DNA of 64,000 nt. Source: an uncultured bacterium (GTDB lineage Bacteria > CSSED10-310 > CALFER01). Under the pieces are notes generated by a model. It saw only the letters and a list, made by a program, of their open reading frames with translations, searched no databases and had not been told where the DNA came from. The DNA is taken from contig CALFER010000038.1 in assembly GCA_937951895.1 (NCBI GenBank), positions 67,029-131,028 on the forward strand, given 5' to 3'. The position numbers and the translations under genes were made by a program. Of this stretch, positions 1-9,611 are shown in pieces; position 1 is the stretch's first letter; each line of letters begins with the position of its first letter.

Positions 1-11
1 TGAGGCGGGAA

Positions 12-2528
12 TCAGAACTGCGTGCGCGTGACCGTATCGGCGAAAACAGAGCTGTGTTCGGTGTCGGGGTGACGCCCCGCGACGAGGAAACCGGCGATAC
101 CGATCAGGAGTACGAAACCGAGGGTCATGAAACCGATCTCGGAAAACCACGCGTCGGCGTTCAGCGTGATGGGGTAGATCCAGAGAATCTGGCCGACGAA
201 GGTGCCGACGATTGTCGTCAGCAGTCCGAAATGGAACACGACGAACAGGAGCAGGATACCGAGGAGAGGACCTGTCACGAGAATGGAGAGCGGGAAATGG
301 CTTCCATCCAGACCGTAGAACAATGCAAAAAAGACGATAAACAGCGTCCGCGACAGCATTCTTGATTTCAACCGCGCGTACAGAAGAACGAGTATGAACA
401 GGGAGGCGATGCTTCCCGCGGTGGCACTCGGAATCAGAAACAGGAACGTGGACGTCATCAGTCGCGTGGAGATGCAGGAATTCAGGATCGCGATATCCAG
501 CAGGGGGATCGGATCGGGTGATCCCATCCAGATCGGGATGAAGCGATCCAGCTTGCCGAGCAATGCTCCGAATGAACCGAATGTGGCGCCGGCCAGAACG
601 CTGAAACCGACCGTGCTGTCCCAGAACCCGCCACGGAGGAACCGGCTCCAGGCGATCAGTGTCTGAGCGCAATGGCGACGGGCGTATGGTTCGAGAGCCA
701 TGAAGCACAGCCACACCATCACGGGCCATGCGATGAGGAGCAGGATTCCGGAATCCTGGTTTGTTTCAAATGGGTGTGTCACATGCCCCAGACTCAGAAG
801 CCAGGCCAGCGCAGTTGTGCAGAAGAAGAAGATGAACAGCCTTTTTCCGCCAAGATTATCGCTTCGCCCCTCCCGGTAATTCCGGATGCCCAGCACAATC
901 GTCCAGATTGCCAGAATCGAGATAACGGGAAAGGAAAGCAGGCGAGACGTGTTCCGGACCCATTCCGGCCAGCGATCCGCGGCGATCGGCTTTCCATCTG
1001 CAGGAACAACCGAAAAAAACACCGGGAGGGATTCGTATCGCGCCGCATCGATCCGGATCGATCGATCCGCTCCGGCATCCCAGCACAGGCGTTCAGTCGC
1101 AAATCGCGGGGCAGGGGACCTGTCAGAAACCTGAAGCGTTTCAGGGTCGATTCCCGAGACTTCGAGGAGGTGTTTCCAGTCGACCGGTGCGGCGGGTTTC
1201 GCATCCAACCGCACGGGGATATCGACATCCAGCAGTGTGAGGTGTCGGGAAACATCGAGGAGCATCAGGACACGGGCATCGGTTGTGTCGGTTTCCAGAA
1301 CGGTGTGTCGGTGTCGCGCGAGCGCTTCAGGTATCTCGGAGGGCCGTTGCTGCAGATACCAGAACAGGATCGGTTCGTTCGGGTTCCGGGCATACGCGTT
1401 TGTCATGAAACCATAATCGTGCCAGGTTGCCGCGCCGGCATATCCGATTTCACTGAGAATCTGCTCACATCGATCGGCAAAAATCTCCGGAGCCTTCAGA
1501 ACACTCAGGTATCCGATCCCGGTCGATCGATCGGAGATGGCCAGAATCCCGGCAAGCAGGATCGGGAGCAGCGCCATCATCAGCCGGCGTGCAGTGCGGG
1601 TATTCCAGGACATGTCTTCCCCGTGAGCGACGATTTCGGGCTTGGGGGTCACTCCGGCCTGTTTCGCTACATGCAACGGGTTGACACCCGGCAGCAGCGA
1701 TGCGACTTCAATGGCGCTTGTCGGACGATCGGATGGATCCGGTGCCAACGCTTTCAGGATAACATTCTGCAGGGAATCCGGCACTTCCGGGAGGAGATGT
1801 CTGGGAGGAACGATCGGAGTTTCGAGTTTTTCCCGGTACAGACCGATCACATCCCGGTGTTCGAAAGGCGTTCGTCCGGTGACCAGCTCATAGAGCACCA
1901 TTCCGAGTGCATAGACATCGCTGCGTTCACAGAGGTCGCCTCCGCTGAATTGTTCCGGCGCCATGTAGAGCAGGGTCCCGATCGGTCCGGCATCGCTTCT
2001 GAGCCAATCCATCGAGGTTGCCAGTCCGAAGTCTGTGATTTTGATCTGACCGTCCCGGTCGATCATGATATTGGCAGGTTTCAGATCCCGATGCAGGATG
2101 CCTTTGGAATGAGCGGCAGCAAGCCCCTCACAGAGTTGACGGCCGATATCGAGAACTTTGTCGGTTGAGAGTCTGCCGATTCGCCGGAGCAGCGATGCCA
2201 GATCCTCGCCTTCGATCAGTTCCATGGTGAAGAAATGCAGGGAATCCATTCGTCCGATATCGTACACACGGCAGATCGTGGGATGGGTGATGCTGCGGGC
2301 CATCCGCACTTCATTGATCAGTTGCTCGACGTGATCGTCGCTGGAGGACAGGAGGAACTTGAGTGCGACGGGCGTTTCCAGCAACAGGTCCGTCGCCCGA
2401 TAGATCGCCCCCATTCCTCCTTTTCCGAGAAATGATTCGATGCGATATCGGCCGGAAATGATCGCGCCGGGCTCGAAATCACCGAGGACACCCCGTCCTG
2501 TGGTCATCGTCACATCATCATCACCCAT
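12..2528 (-). CDS. Ser/Thr protein kinase (Hanks-type) with C-terminal polytopic membrane domain
   Basis: N-terminal kinase motifs GKGGMGAIY (Gly loop), VALK, HRDLKPANIM, DFGLA, APE. After about residue 300 there are many hydrophobic helices (LLPILLAGILAI, LLSFPVISILAIWTIVLGI, LAWLLSLG...). The stop is at 12-14. Confidence 0.8.
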   Translation of the reverse strand: MGDDDVTMTTGRGVLGDFEPGAIISGRYRIESFLGKGGMGAIYRATDLLLETPVALKFLLSSSDDHVEQLINEVRMARSITHPTICRVYDIGRMDSLHFFTMELIEGEDLASLLRRIGRLSTDKVLDIGRQLCEGLAAAHSKGILHRDLKPANIMIDRDGQIKITDFGLATSMDWLRSDAGPIGTLLYMAPEQFSGGDLCERSDVYALGMVLYELVTGRTPFEHRDVIGLYREKLETPIVPPRHLLPEVPDSLQNVILKALAPDPSDRPTSAIEVASLLPGVNPLHVAKQAGVTPKPEIVAHGEDMSWNTRTARRLMMALLPILLAGILAISDRSTGIGYLSVLKAPEIFADRCEQILSEIGYAGAATWHDYGFMTNAYARNPNEPILFWYLQQRPSEIPEALARHRHTVLETDTTDARVLMLLDVSRHLTLLDVDIPVRLDAKPAAPVDWKHLLEVSGIDPETLQVSDRSPAPRFATERLCWDAGADRSIRIDAARYESLPVFFSVVPADGKPIAADRWPEWVRNTSRLLSFPVISILAIWTIVLGIRNYREGRSDNLGGKRLFIFFFCTTALAWLLSLGHVTHPFETNQDSGILLLIAWPVMVWLCFMALEPYARRHCAQTLIAWSRFLRGGFWDSTVGFSVLAGATFGSFGALLGKLDRFIPIWMGSPDPIPLLDIAILNSCISTRLMTSTFLFLIPSATAGSIASLFILVLLYARLKSRMLSRTLFIVFFALFYGLDGSHFPLSILVTGPLLGILLLFVVFHFGLLTTIVGTFVGQILWIYPITLNADAWFSEIGFMTLGFVLLIGIAGFLVAGRHPDTEHSSVFADTVTRTQF

Positions 2529-2610
2529 GGGGTTGGAGGAAACGGATTCCGGAATCAGGAAATCCGCTCGGGAAATTGCACTCCCGGGCGGTGATCAATC
2601 GTCCGGCTGA

Positions 2611-5600
2611 TTAAAAGAATCCCCACTCACAGAAGTCATAATCCCCTTCCAGAACCGCGGCGTCTGTCCGGAGATGCGCGAACCAGAAGCGGATGCCGGT
2701 GAACGTTCCGAAGTCTCCCTGAGGCCATTCGAAGGCAAGGAAGTTTTCGGAGGAGAACCCCTGCGGTACGGTTCGGGTCTGGAAGGTCACATCGGGTGTA
2801 TATCCAGGCCAGAACCAGTATTGACCCAGAACATCCAGAATCACCCAGCGCTGGAGTTCGACCGGTGCGGATGGGTTGAACACCATTCCGTATACCGAGA
2901 ATGGATCGCCGGCAGGCGGAGTCGTCAGTTCATTGTAAGTATACATGCTCAGGCTCGTATCGACATCCACGAGAATCCGGTCGGAGGTCTGTCCGGTTCC
3001 ATCGAGCAACCAGGGGATCAGGGTCTGGATGACAGCGCCCGGATTTTCCATCGATTCGAGGGGGAAGGCGAGATACGCTGTGCGATACGGGCTGGATTGG
3101 CCGGCGCCGGGGTATCGGATTCCGCACGGATTGTTGGCGGCCTTGAATGGCTGGTCGTCATCGAATGCCTCCTGCATGTCCGGATAGTCGTCTCCGGGAC
3201 GGACCGGATTTCCGGATGTAAAACTCACGACGGCGTCTTCGCGAGGCACGAGATTATCCGGCCACCAGTCAAAATCGAGTTTTTTGTTGTAGGTGTTGAT
3301 ATCCAGCGCCTGATGGGTGCCGATCGTGAAAGGATCCGCCGTTCCGCCCATCACTTCCTGATAGTAATCATCGTGTTCGACCCCGGCGATTCTCAGGTAG
3401 TTGTAGATGAAATAATCCGCCAACTGATCCGGATTTCCGGGATCCGCGGCAGGGTTGATCCAGACCAGGTCATCGGTGTTGGCAGGGGGTTGATGGAGAC
3501 GGTACATGAGTTCATGGGCTGTAATCATCAGATTGCCGCCGGCGTCCAGATATTGAATCATGGGCGGGATCACATAGTTCAGAAGATCTTTCTTGCCCTG
3601 CCCGGTTTGTCCGGTGAACCACAATACAGCATCGTACTGCTTCAGATCGTCAAATGTCGGGAACGACAGATTCACGAGGGGTTCCCATGGATACGAAAAC
3701 TGCTCGGTCGCATCGGGATCGACTTTGGGCGTCGTGTTCCAGACCTCGAACGGAATTCCGGCGGTCGCGAGAGCATCGCGGACCGGTTGATCCAGACTTG
3801 TAGTCTTCCCCTGGTAGCGGTCATCATCCCAGAACAGCAACCGGGCGGGCGTTACACGGGTATGAAACCGATGCGTCACGGAAGCAGATTCCGCACACAC
3901 AAACGTGATCTCGAACTCTGCGTCGTGCTGCAGAGGCGTATTGGCGGCGAGATTGATCGTGAAGGGGGAAACCGGTTGCGAGATCGCGTTCGTCTGGGTT
4001 GAGGGGTAGGATGCCGAGCCGTTGACGATGGAGACGTATGACGAGAGCGATGTGATGGTTGCGCTGATGGCGGTCGCCGGAGCGAACAGTGCGATCATAT
4101 CGACATTGAGCGATACCGTCTCACCCGCTTCCGGTCTGAAGTTGCCGTTACCTTGCCCGGAACCCTCGAAGACGGTCGCCCGGCGGACAGTCAATTCCGG
4201 ATCGAGTTCGGCCGTCATCGACGCGGGGACGTTGATTCGGCCGAATCCGGCATGGTAGTCGTATCCGGGGAATGACGCCTGATTGATGTCGACCGCTGTC
4301 GCGTTGATGCGATTCCGGATATCCGCGGGCGTGAACTCCCATCCGTTGGCACGCGCATATGCCACGAGCAGAGCAGCCTGCCCCGAGACATGCGGGCAAG
4401 CCATCGACGTGCCGACCCAGCCCCGGATCGCAAACTGTGTCATATCCGGGAAAGACCGGACTTTAATGATATTCTGGTAGATCTGATCCGTCGTTCCGCT
4501 CGAATCATAATCCGGTGAATCATATTGACCACTCGGTGCAATGACTTCGATCATCTGGCCGTACTGCGAAAAGTTCGTGACGGTTTCCGACATGGGATCC
4601 CCGGTGACAGCTGCGTTGTTGCTCGCGCCAACCGATACGACCGATTCGAATCCGGAGGGATACCCGACTCCGTAGAACACCGGATCCCACCCGCCGACAT
4701 CGCCGTCGTTCCCGGAACTTGCCGCGACGAACACACCGTGTTCGACCGCATACGCACAGGCCTCTTTCTGAACTTCCGGGCCCGCGCCCTGTCCGACGTA
4801 TCCCGAACCGAGACTCATGTTGATGACATCGGCGCCTTTATCAGCGGCATACAGAATCGCCGCGACCACATCATCCATATTGGATGTGCCATCCGGTCGT
4901 GCGGCTGTTTTCAGAATCATCAGTCGGCTTTCGAATGCCATGCCGACCGTCGACCTCATGTTCTCGGTTCCGCTGCCGTCATTGTTTGTGCTTTGGAGAA
5001 TCGTGCCGCTCACATGTGTGCCGTGACTGTCGTCATCGCTGGGGAACGGCGAGTCAAACACGAAGTTCCAGCCTTCATAATCGTCGATATAATCGTTCCC
5101 GTCATCATCGATCCCATTCCCGGGAGTTTCATCGGGGTTGGTCCAGATGTGGATGTTTTCGAAATCCGGCGCCTGAGCGAATTCAACGGGTTCGCCGTAA
5201 TGTTCCGTATCCGTCCATGTTTTGTAGGCGCATCCCGAGTCGATTACGGCAACGACCACATTGGGGTCACCGCCGTGCAGGGGGGGGGTGCTATCGAGAT
5301 CCCAGGCGGATTCCATACCGATTATCCGGAGATTCCAGAGGTGGTCGTTGACCCAGTACCAATCGTTCGGATTCCAGTTCAGCCTGAGATAATAGTTCGG
5401 GCACGCGCCCTGAATGCGCTCATCCGTCTGCATGCGTGCGATCAGTTTTTCGATTGTGCGCGGTTGATCTTCCATCACCTGAACCAGTACCCAGCCGATC
5501 TGAGGAAATGTCTTGAGAACACCTGCCCGATACTCGTCCAGCGCACCCGAGCACGCGTCGATCGATAACCCGGGATCGAACTTGATGAAGAGTTGTCCGG

Positions 5601-5718
5601 GAACAAAATGGATCCCCGGCTCGAGGTTTTTCAGAAGTGGTTCATGGCCGATTCGTGCGAATCCAGGCATGGACAGCATCGTGATCGCCAGTGAAACGAC
5701 AAGAATCGTGTGCTTCAT
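2611..5718 (-). CDS. Secreted subtilisin-like serine protease (S8 family) with long C-terminal extension ending in conserved C-terminal domain
   Basis: Signal peptide MKHTILVVSLAITMLSMPGFA. Catalytic triad motifs VAVIDSGC (Asp), HGTHVSGTI (His), GTSMACPHVSG (Ser). Start ATG at 5716-5718 with GGAGGG RBS upstream, shorter than the track ORF. The C-terminal 100 aa resemble the C-termini of four other secreted proteins in the window. Confidence 0.85.
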   Translation of the reverse strand: MKHTILVVSLAITMLSMPGFARIGHEPLLKNLEPGIHFVPGQLFIKFDPGLSIDACSGALDEYRAGVLKTFPQIGWVLVQVMEDQPRTIEKLIARMQTDERIQGACPNYYLRLNWNPNDWYWVNDHLWNLRIIGMESAWDLDSTPPLHGGDPNVVVAVIDSGCAYKTWTDTEHYGEPVEFAQAPDFENIHIWTNPDETPGNGIDDDGNDYIDDYEGWNFVFDSPFPSDDDSHGTHVSGTILQSTNNDGSGTENMRSTVGMAFESRLMILKTAARPDGTSNMDDVVAAILYAADKGADVINMSLGSGYVGQGAGPEVQKEACAYAVEHGVFVAASSGNDGDVGGWDPVFYGVGYPSGFESVVSVGASNNAAVTGDPMSETVTNFSQYGQMIEVIAPSGQYDSPDYDSSGTTDQIYQNIIKVRSFPDMTQFAIRGWVGTSMACPHVSGQAALLVAYARANGWEFTPADIRNRINATAVDINQASFPGYDYHAGFGRINVPASMTAELDPELTVRRATVFEGSGQGNGNFRPEAGETVSLNVDMIALFAPATAISATITSLSSYVSIVNGSASYPSTQTNAISQPVSPFTINLAANTPLQHDAEFEITFVCAESASVTHRFHTRVTPARLLFWDDDRYQGKTTSLDQPVRDALATAGIPFEVWNTTPKVDPDATEQFSYPWEPLVNLSFPTFDDLKQYDAVLWFTGQTGQGKKDLLNYVIPPMIQYLDAGGNLMITAHELMYRLHQPPANTDDLVWINPAADPGNPDQLADYFIYNYLRIAGVEHDDYYQEVMGGTADPFTIGTHQALDINTYNKKLDFDWWPDNLVPREDAVVSFTSGNPVRPGDDYPDMQEAFDDDQPFKAANNPCGIRYPGAGQSSPYRTAYLAFPLESMENPGAVIQTLIPWLLDGTGQTSDRILVDVDTSLSMYTYNELTTPPAGDPFSVYGMVFNPSAPVELQRWVILDVLGQYWFWPGYTPDVTFQTRTVPQGFSSENFLAFEWPQGDFGTFTGIRFWFAHLRTDAAVLEGDYDFCEWGFF

Positions 5719-5882
5719 ATCTGACCCTCCGTTTCCTGTTTTCTTTCTAGCGCACACATACCCCTTTGGCAAGATTCAGGGAAAAATTATACCGATGTTA
5801 AACCAATCTGACGCAGCCGGTATCGAATGGGTGGACAAGGAACGAGAACGTCCCCAACCAGATGGAGGTGCCAGTGAAACAC

Positions 5883-6440
5883 ATGATTCGATTGATGATG
5901 GTCTGCTCCGTGATCGCTCTGCTCGGTGCCGATACCCAGGCAATGGGCAAGGGAAGAGGAATGGATCGGGAGATGAAAGGCCCCGGAATGCCGTTGTTGA
6001 ATGCGCCCTGGGATCGCGTGGAGGATATCGGCCGCGAGATCGGCCTGTCGACCGAGCAACTCGACAAGATCCAGGCCATCCGGAAGAATCATCGCGAAAA
6101 AGTCGCGCCACTCGAAGCGGAGCGCGATCTTCGCAGGGATGATCTGCACGAAGCGATGCTGGCTCGGAAACAGGCCGATGAGAAGGACATCGTGAAACTC
6201 GTCGATCGATTGAACGAAATCCATGGCATCATCTTCAAGGATTCGGTGCTGTCCTCCTTTCAGATCCGCTCTCTGCTGACCCAGGAGCAGTCGGATGCTC
6301 TGCGGTCGTATCGGGATGATCACCGGGAAGCCCGAAAAGAATGGCGGGAGGACCGGCGGGAACGGAGAGAGGATCGACGGGAGGATCGTCGGCGAGATCG
6401 GATGAGCGAAGACCGTTCTTCGGAAAAAGAGCCTGCCTGA
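5883..6440 (+). CDS. Spy/CpxP-family periplasmic protein (LTXXQ motif) with Arg/Glu/Asp-rich C-terminal tail
   Basis: Signal peptide MIRLMMVCSVIALLGADTQA. LSTEQ and LLTQEQ motifs typical of the LTXXQ (Spy/CpxP/ZraP) family. C-terminus REDRRERREDRREDRRRDR. GGAGGTG precedes the ATG at 5883. The track ORF begins at 5862. Confidence 0.6.
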   Translation: MIRLMMVCSVIALLGADTQAMGKGRGMDREMKGPGMPLLNAPWDRVEDIGREIGLSTEQLDKIQAIRKNHREKVAPLEAERDLRRDDLHEAMLARKQADEKDIVKLVDRLNEIHGIIFKDSVLSSFQIRSLLTQEQSDALRSYRDDHREARKEWREDRRERREDRREDRRRDRMSEDRSSEKEPA

Positions 6441-6471
6441 TCGACGCGCACAGATTCGGACCGGGACTTCC

Positions 6472-7983
6472 TCAAATCGGGGAAGTCTCTTTTTGTATGT
6501 GCCCGATCGTGAGCGCATGATCATCGATCAGGGCGATGACATAACGGACCACGTCGGGATCGAATTGGGTACCACTGCATGAGACCAGTTCGGACCGGAC
6601 GCGATCGACCGATCGGTTCTTGCGATAAGGCCGGTCTGCCGTCATGGCTTCGAGAGCATCGGCAACCGACAGAATCCGGGCTCCGATCGGGATGCTTTCG
6701 CGGGATAACCCCTCCGGGTAGCCCGACCCGTCGAACCATTCATGATGCGCTCGAATAATCGGAGCGATCTGTTTGAGTTCCGGAACCGAGCTGACGATTT
6801 CAGCGCCGGTTGTCGGGTGATTCCGTATGATTTCCCATTCGTCGCTGCTGAGGAGGGTTGTTTTATTGAGGATTTCCTCCGGCGTTCCGATTTTGCCGAT
6901 GTCATGCAGAATTCCCGCAGTCCATAACTCGCGCTGCTCGGTGAGCGACATTCCCATGCGTTCGGCAATCGTTTTCGCGAAGTAAGCGACCTTTTCAGAA
7001 TGGCCTCCGGTGTAGGTATCCTTGGCCTGAAGAGCGGATGAAAGAGCCTGGATACTGCCGATGTATAGTTTTTGCACCTGCATGAACAGTTCGCTGTTCC
7101 GGATACAAACCGCCGCCTGACTGGTCAGAATGGACAGAAAATCCATGTCGCTCGAATCGAAGGCCCGCTTGCGACTGGATACAAGTCGATTGACGTTCAG
7201 GACTCCGAGAGGCTGGCCTTCGGTCAGGATCGGCATGCAAATGCTCGAAAGCACCTTGCCGTCCAGACGCATCAGGTGACCGAGTTCGGGTGTGATGAGC
7301 CGATCGTTGCGCAGGTTCAGAGCGAAACAGCGTTGCAATGCCCACCCGGCGATTCCCTCGTGGATCGGCTTCCGGTAACCATTCTGAAAGGGGTCGTCCA
7401 GCCCGATCTGTGCGGCCATGAACAGTTCCTCCGTGTCGGGATCCACCAGCATCAGAGACGCAGTATCCGCATTCGTGACCTGCATCGCATACTGGACAAC
7501 ACGTTCGGCCAGTTTTGCCACATCCAGAGAGCTTGCGATCTCTTTGCCCGCATCGACGAGCTGCGTCAGAATTCTCAGCCGACTGCGCTCCTCCTGATTC
7601 TGTCGATTGTCGATCGCGCTGCGCAGCGCCATCCGGATTTCGTCCATTCGAAACGGTTTCAGCACAAATCCGGATGCTCCGAGGCGCATGGCGCGCACGG
7701 CGGCATCGATATCGCTGTAGGTCGCGACGACGATGATCAGAATATCCGGATAGAGCATCCGGACCCGTTCGACGAGCTCAACACCGGTTCCATCGGACAT
7801 GACAATATCGGTAATCAACAGATCGAATTCGGCATTCGTCAGCTTGCTCATTGCGGATTGCGATCCGTCCGCCACATCGATCTCGTAACCATCTTTGATC
7901 AGAATGCGACTCAGGACCTGCCGCATCATGACATCATCGTCAACTACCAGAGTCTTCAAGTTCGACCGATCCGGATCCATTCC
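6472..7983 (-). CDS. Response regulator with REC, GAF and HD-GYP (c-di-GMP phosphodiesterase) domains
   Basis: REC: LVVDDDVMMRQVL...DLLITDIVMSDGTG...LKPF. HD-GYP: GILHDIGKIG ... HHEWFDGSGYPEGL. A GAF-like block lies between them. The start MDPDRSNLK at 7983 is preceded by a GGAGGGGGGAA RBS. Confidence 0.85.
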   Translation of the reverse strand, partial: GMDPDRSNLKTLVVDDDVMMRQVLSRILIKDGYEIDVADGSQSAMSKLTNAEFDLLITDIVMSDGTGVELVERVRMLYPDILIIVVATYSDIDAAVRAMRLGASGFVLKPFRMDEIRMALRSAIDNRQNQEERSRLRILTQLVDAGKEIASSLDVAKLAERVVQYAMQVTNADTASLMLVDPDTEELFMAAQIGLDDPFQNGYRKPIHEGIAGWALQRCFALNLRNDRLITPELGHLMRLDGKVLSSICMPILTEGQPLGVLNVNRLVSSRKRAFDSSDMDFLSILTSQAAVCIRNSELFMQVQKLYIGSIQALSSALQAKDTYTGGHSEKVAYFAKTIAERMGMSLTEQRELWTAGILHDIGKIGTPEEILNKTTLLSSDEWEIIRNHPTTGAEIVSSVPELKQIAPIIRAHHEWFDGSGYPEGLSRESIPIGARILSVADALEAMTADRPYRKNRSVDRVRSELVSCSGTQFDPDVVRYVIALIDDHALTIGHIQKETSPI

Positions 7984-8108
7984 CCCCTCCTGCTTCCTCG
8001 AAATCCCCAATTTGACTATAATCCTATGGATTGGTTTGTCAAATGAAAGTTCCGTCAAGGCATGACATTGTTGAGTTTTCGGATGCAATTGAGGTAGATT
8101 GATCAACG

Positions 8109-8990
8109 ATGCAAACGCGGAAACATATCCTCATAGGGGCGTTCATGACCGGGGTCATCGCCGGAGGAGTGTTCGTTTACCGGCAGATTGTTGAATCGCG
8201 AACCGCTCCCGGGAAAAGCGTCGTCACGGATGGTGCCCGCCGGGTTGAAGCGGATTCGGAGGATTCGATCAAGGAGAGGATTCGAGAATTGTCCGTCAAC
8301 AATCCCCTGGTTCGTTTCAGCCAGCTTCAGACGGCCATGGGGCACCCTTCGTCGACGATCCGCTATCAGGCCCTTCTGGCGATGAAGTATGATGTGTCTC
8401 CTGAAGCGATCACATTTCTGTATGACCGGGCGATCCACGATCCGTCACCGGATGTACGGGATCTGGCGCTGCAGCAAGCCGTGCAGAAGCAGCCGGACCG
8501 CGCACTCTCACTCGTCATCACAGCGCTGGGGGATGAGTCCCAGTCCGTGCGGGACACGGCCATGATGAAGCTGGCGGAAATCGCCCCGCCGGATCTCACG
8601 AACCGTATCATGGGGTGGTGTGAGGCAGAGAATCGGGATCCCCGCCGTGGTGAGATTCTCGCGTTGGGGAAAGTAGGCGGTGACCGAGCGATCGAATTTC
8701 TGATCTCGGTCGTGCTGCGACACGCTTCCGTATCAGGAATAGCCATTCACACATTGGCGCAACAGGGTGACGCAGTTCTCCCCTACATCGATCGACTCGA
8801 CCCGGAGCGATTGGACGATGAGCAGATCGTGTATATCTGTTTGTTGCTGGAGGAGATCCGTTCAGATGATGCGGGTGTACGGATCGACAGATGGAGAGGT
8901 TTTCAAGCGCGCGGGGGGGGCCGATCAGTCCAGAAACTCACGGATCAGCCAGGAAAGAAGAATCAGCAGCCCCATGATGGCGGCGAATGA
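8109..8990 (+). CDS. HEAT-repeat (PBS lyase-like) protein with N-terminal membrane anchor
   Basis: N-terminal TM ILIGAFMTGVIAGGVFV. Repeated units of the pattern D..VR..A...L (SSTIRYQALLAM, DPSPDVRDLALQQAV, DESQSVRDTAMMKLAEI, GDRAIEFLI). The 3' end overlaps a small minus-strand ORF and contains a G8 tract, so the true stop is uncertain. Confidence 0.55.
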   Translation: MQTRKHILIGAFMTGVIAGGVFVYRQIVESRTAPGKSVVTDGARRVEADSEDSIKERIRELSVNNPLVRFSQLQTAMGHPSSTIRYQALLAMKYDVSPEAITFLYDRAIHDPSPDVRDLALQQAVQKQPDRALSLVITALGDESQSVRDTAMMKLAEIAPPDLTNRIMGWCEAENRDPRRGEILALGKVGGDRAIEFLISVVLRHASVSGIAIHTLAQQGDAVLPYIDRLDPERLDDEQIVYICLLLEEIRSDDAGVRIDRWRGFQARGGGRSVQKLTDQPGKKNQQPHDGGE

Positions 8991-9170
8991 GATTGCAATG
9001 AAAAGGAGGGCTCTGAAAACAAACGCGACAACACCGCTGAATTTCCAGATCACGAGAAAGAACAGGCCCAGGAGGGGCTTGATCACAAACCAGGCGAGGA
9101 TCACACCAAGTAGGATCGACAATAGGATCACGATCGCTCGTCCGAAGGTTGATCGTCTTACATCGTCCAT
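8925..9170 (-). CDS. Small hydrophobic membrane protein (2-3 TM helices), hypothetical
   Basis: 81-aa ORF that is almost entirely hydrophobic (AIVILLSILLGVILAWFVIKPLLGLFFLVIWKFSGVVAFVFRALLFIAISFAAIMGLLILLSWLI). It overlaps the 3' end of the HEAT gene by 66 nt. Confidence 0.4.
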   Translation of the reverse strand: MDDVRRSTFGRAIVILLSILLGVILAWFVIKPLLGLFFLVIWKFSGVVAFVFRALLFIAISFAAIMGLLILLSWLIREFLD

Positions 9171-9185
9171 GCCCGCACTCGCCTC

Positions 9186-9611
9186 CTATTGATTCTTTTC
9201 GCTCACGCCACTGGTCGGTTTACAATGGTCGCACGCGATAAAATTCTGAGAAAGAGCCTCCTCATTGCTCTGGAACCAGATGATCTTTTCGGGTGGGATC
9301 GCCATCTTTCCCTGCGGGTTGTAGATCTGTTCGCAGGATATCCGGTGGAACTTGCGGTTTTCCTTGTCGCCGACGAATTTACCAGGCAGCGGTGTGGATT
9401 CTCCCTGGAACACGACGGTTCCCTGCTCCTGCTGTGACATCTCATCCGTCCACCAGTCCGGTTTGATATTCGAAATATTGGTGATGTGGTTTTCGTCCTG
9501 CCAGATGAAGACTTCAGCCAGCAACACGGAGGTCATGAACAGAGCCGAGCAGATGCCGAACATGAGCAGAAATCGCTTTGAGATGACAGCTTTTCCCGGC
9601 CTTGCGGTCAT
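9186..9611 (-). CDS. Hypothetical membrane-anchored protein, translationally coupled downstream of MglA-like GTPase
   Basis: Start MTARPGK at 9611 overlaps the stop of the upstream gene (ATGA at 9608-9611). N-terminal TM FLLMFGICSALFMTSVLLAEVF. C-terminal region has a Cys pair (CEQ...CDHC). Confidence 0.5.
   Translation of the reverse strand: MTARPGKAVISKRFLLMFGICSALFMTSVLLAEVFIWQDENHITNISNIKPDWWTDEMSQQEQGTVVFQGESTPLPGKFVGDKENRKFHRISCEQIYNPQGKMAIPPEKIIWFQSNEEALSQNFIACDHCKPTSGVSEKNQ

Noticed and set aside
672-2168. 498-aa plus-strand ORF antisense to the kinase gene, and similar long antisense ORFs (14796..15782, 31666..32784, 38318..39055, 46183..47031, 47579..48751, 53600..55900, 57419..58366, 58427..59155)
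   Set aside because: They lie opposite well-supported genes carrying strong family motifs. The products are Arg/Gly/Pro-rich with no motifs or SD sequences. Such ORFs are expected by chance at about 60% GC.
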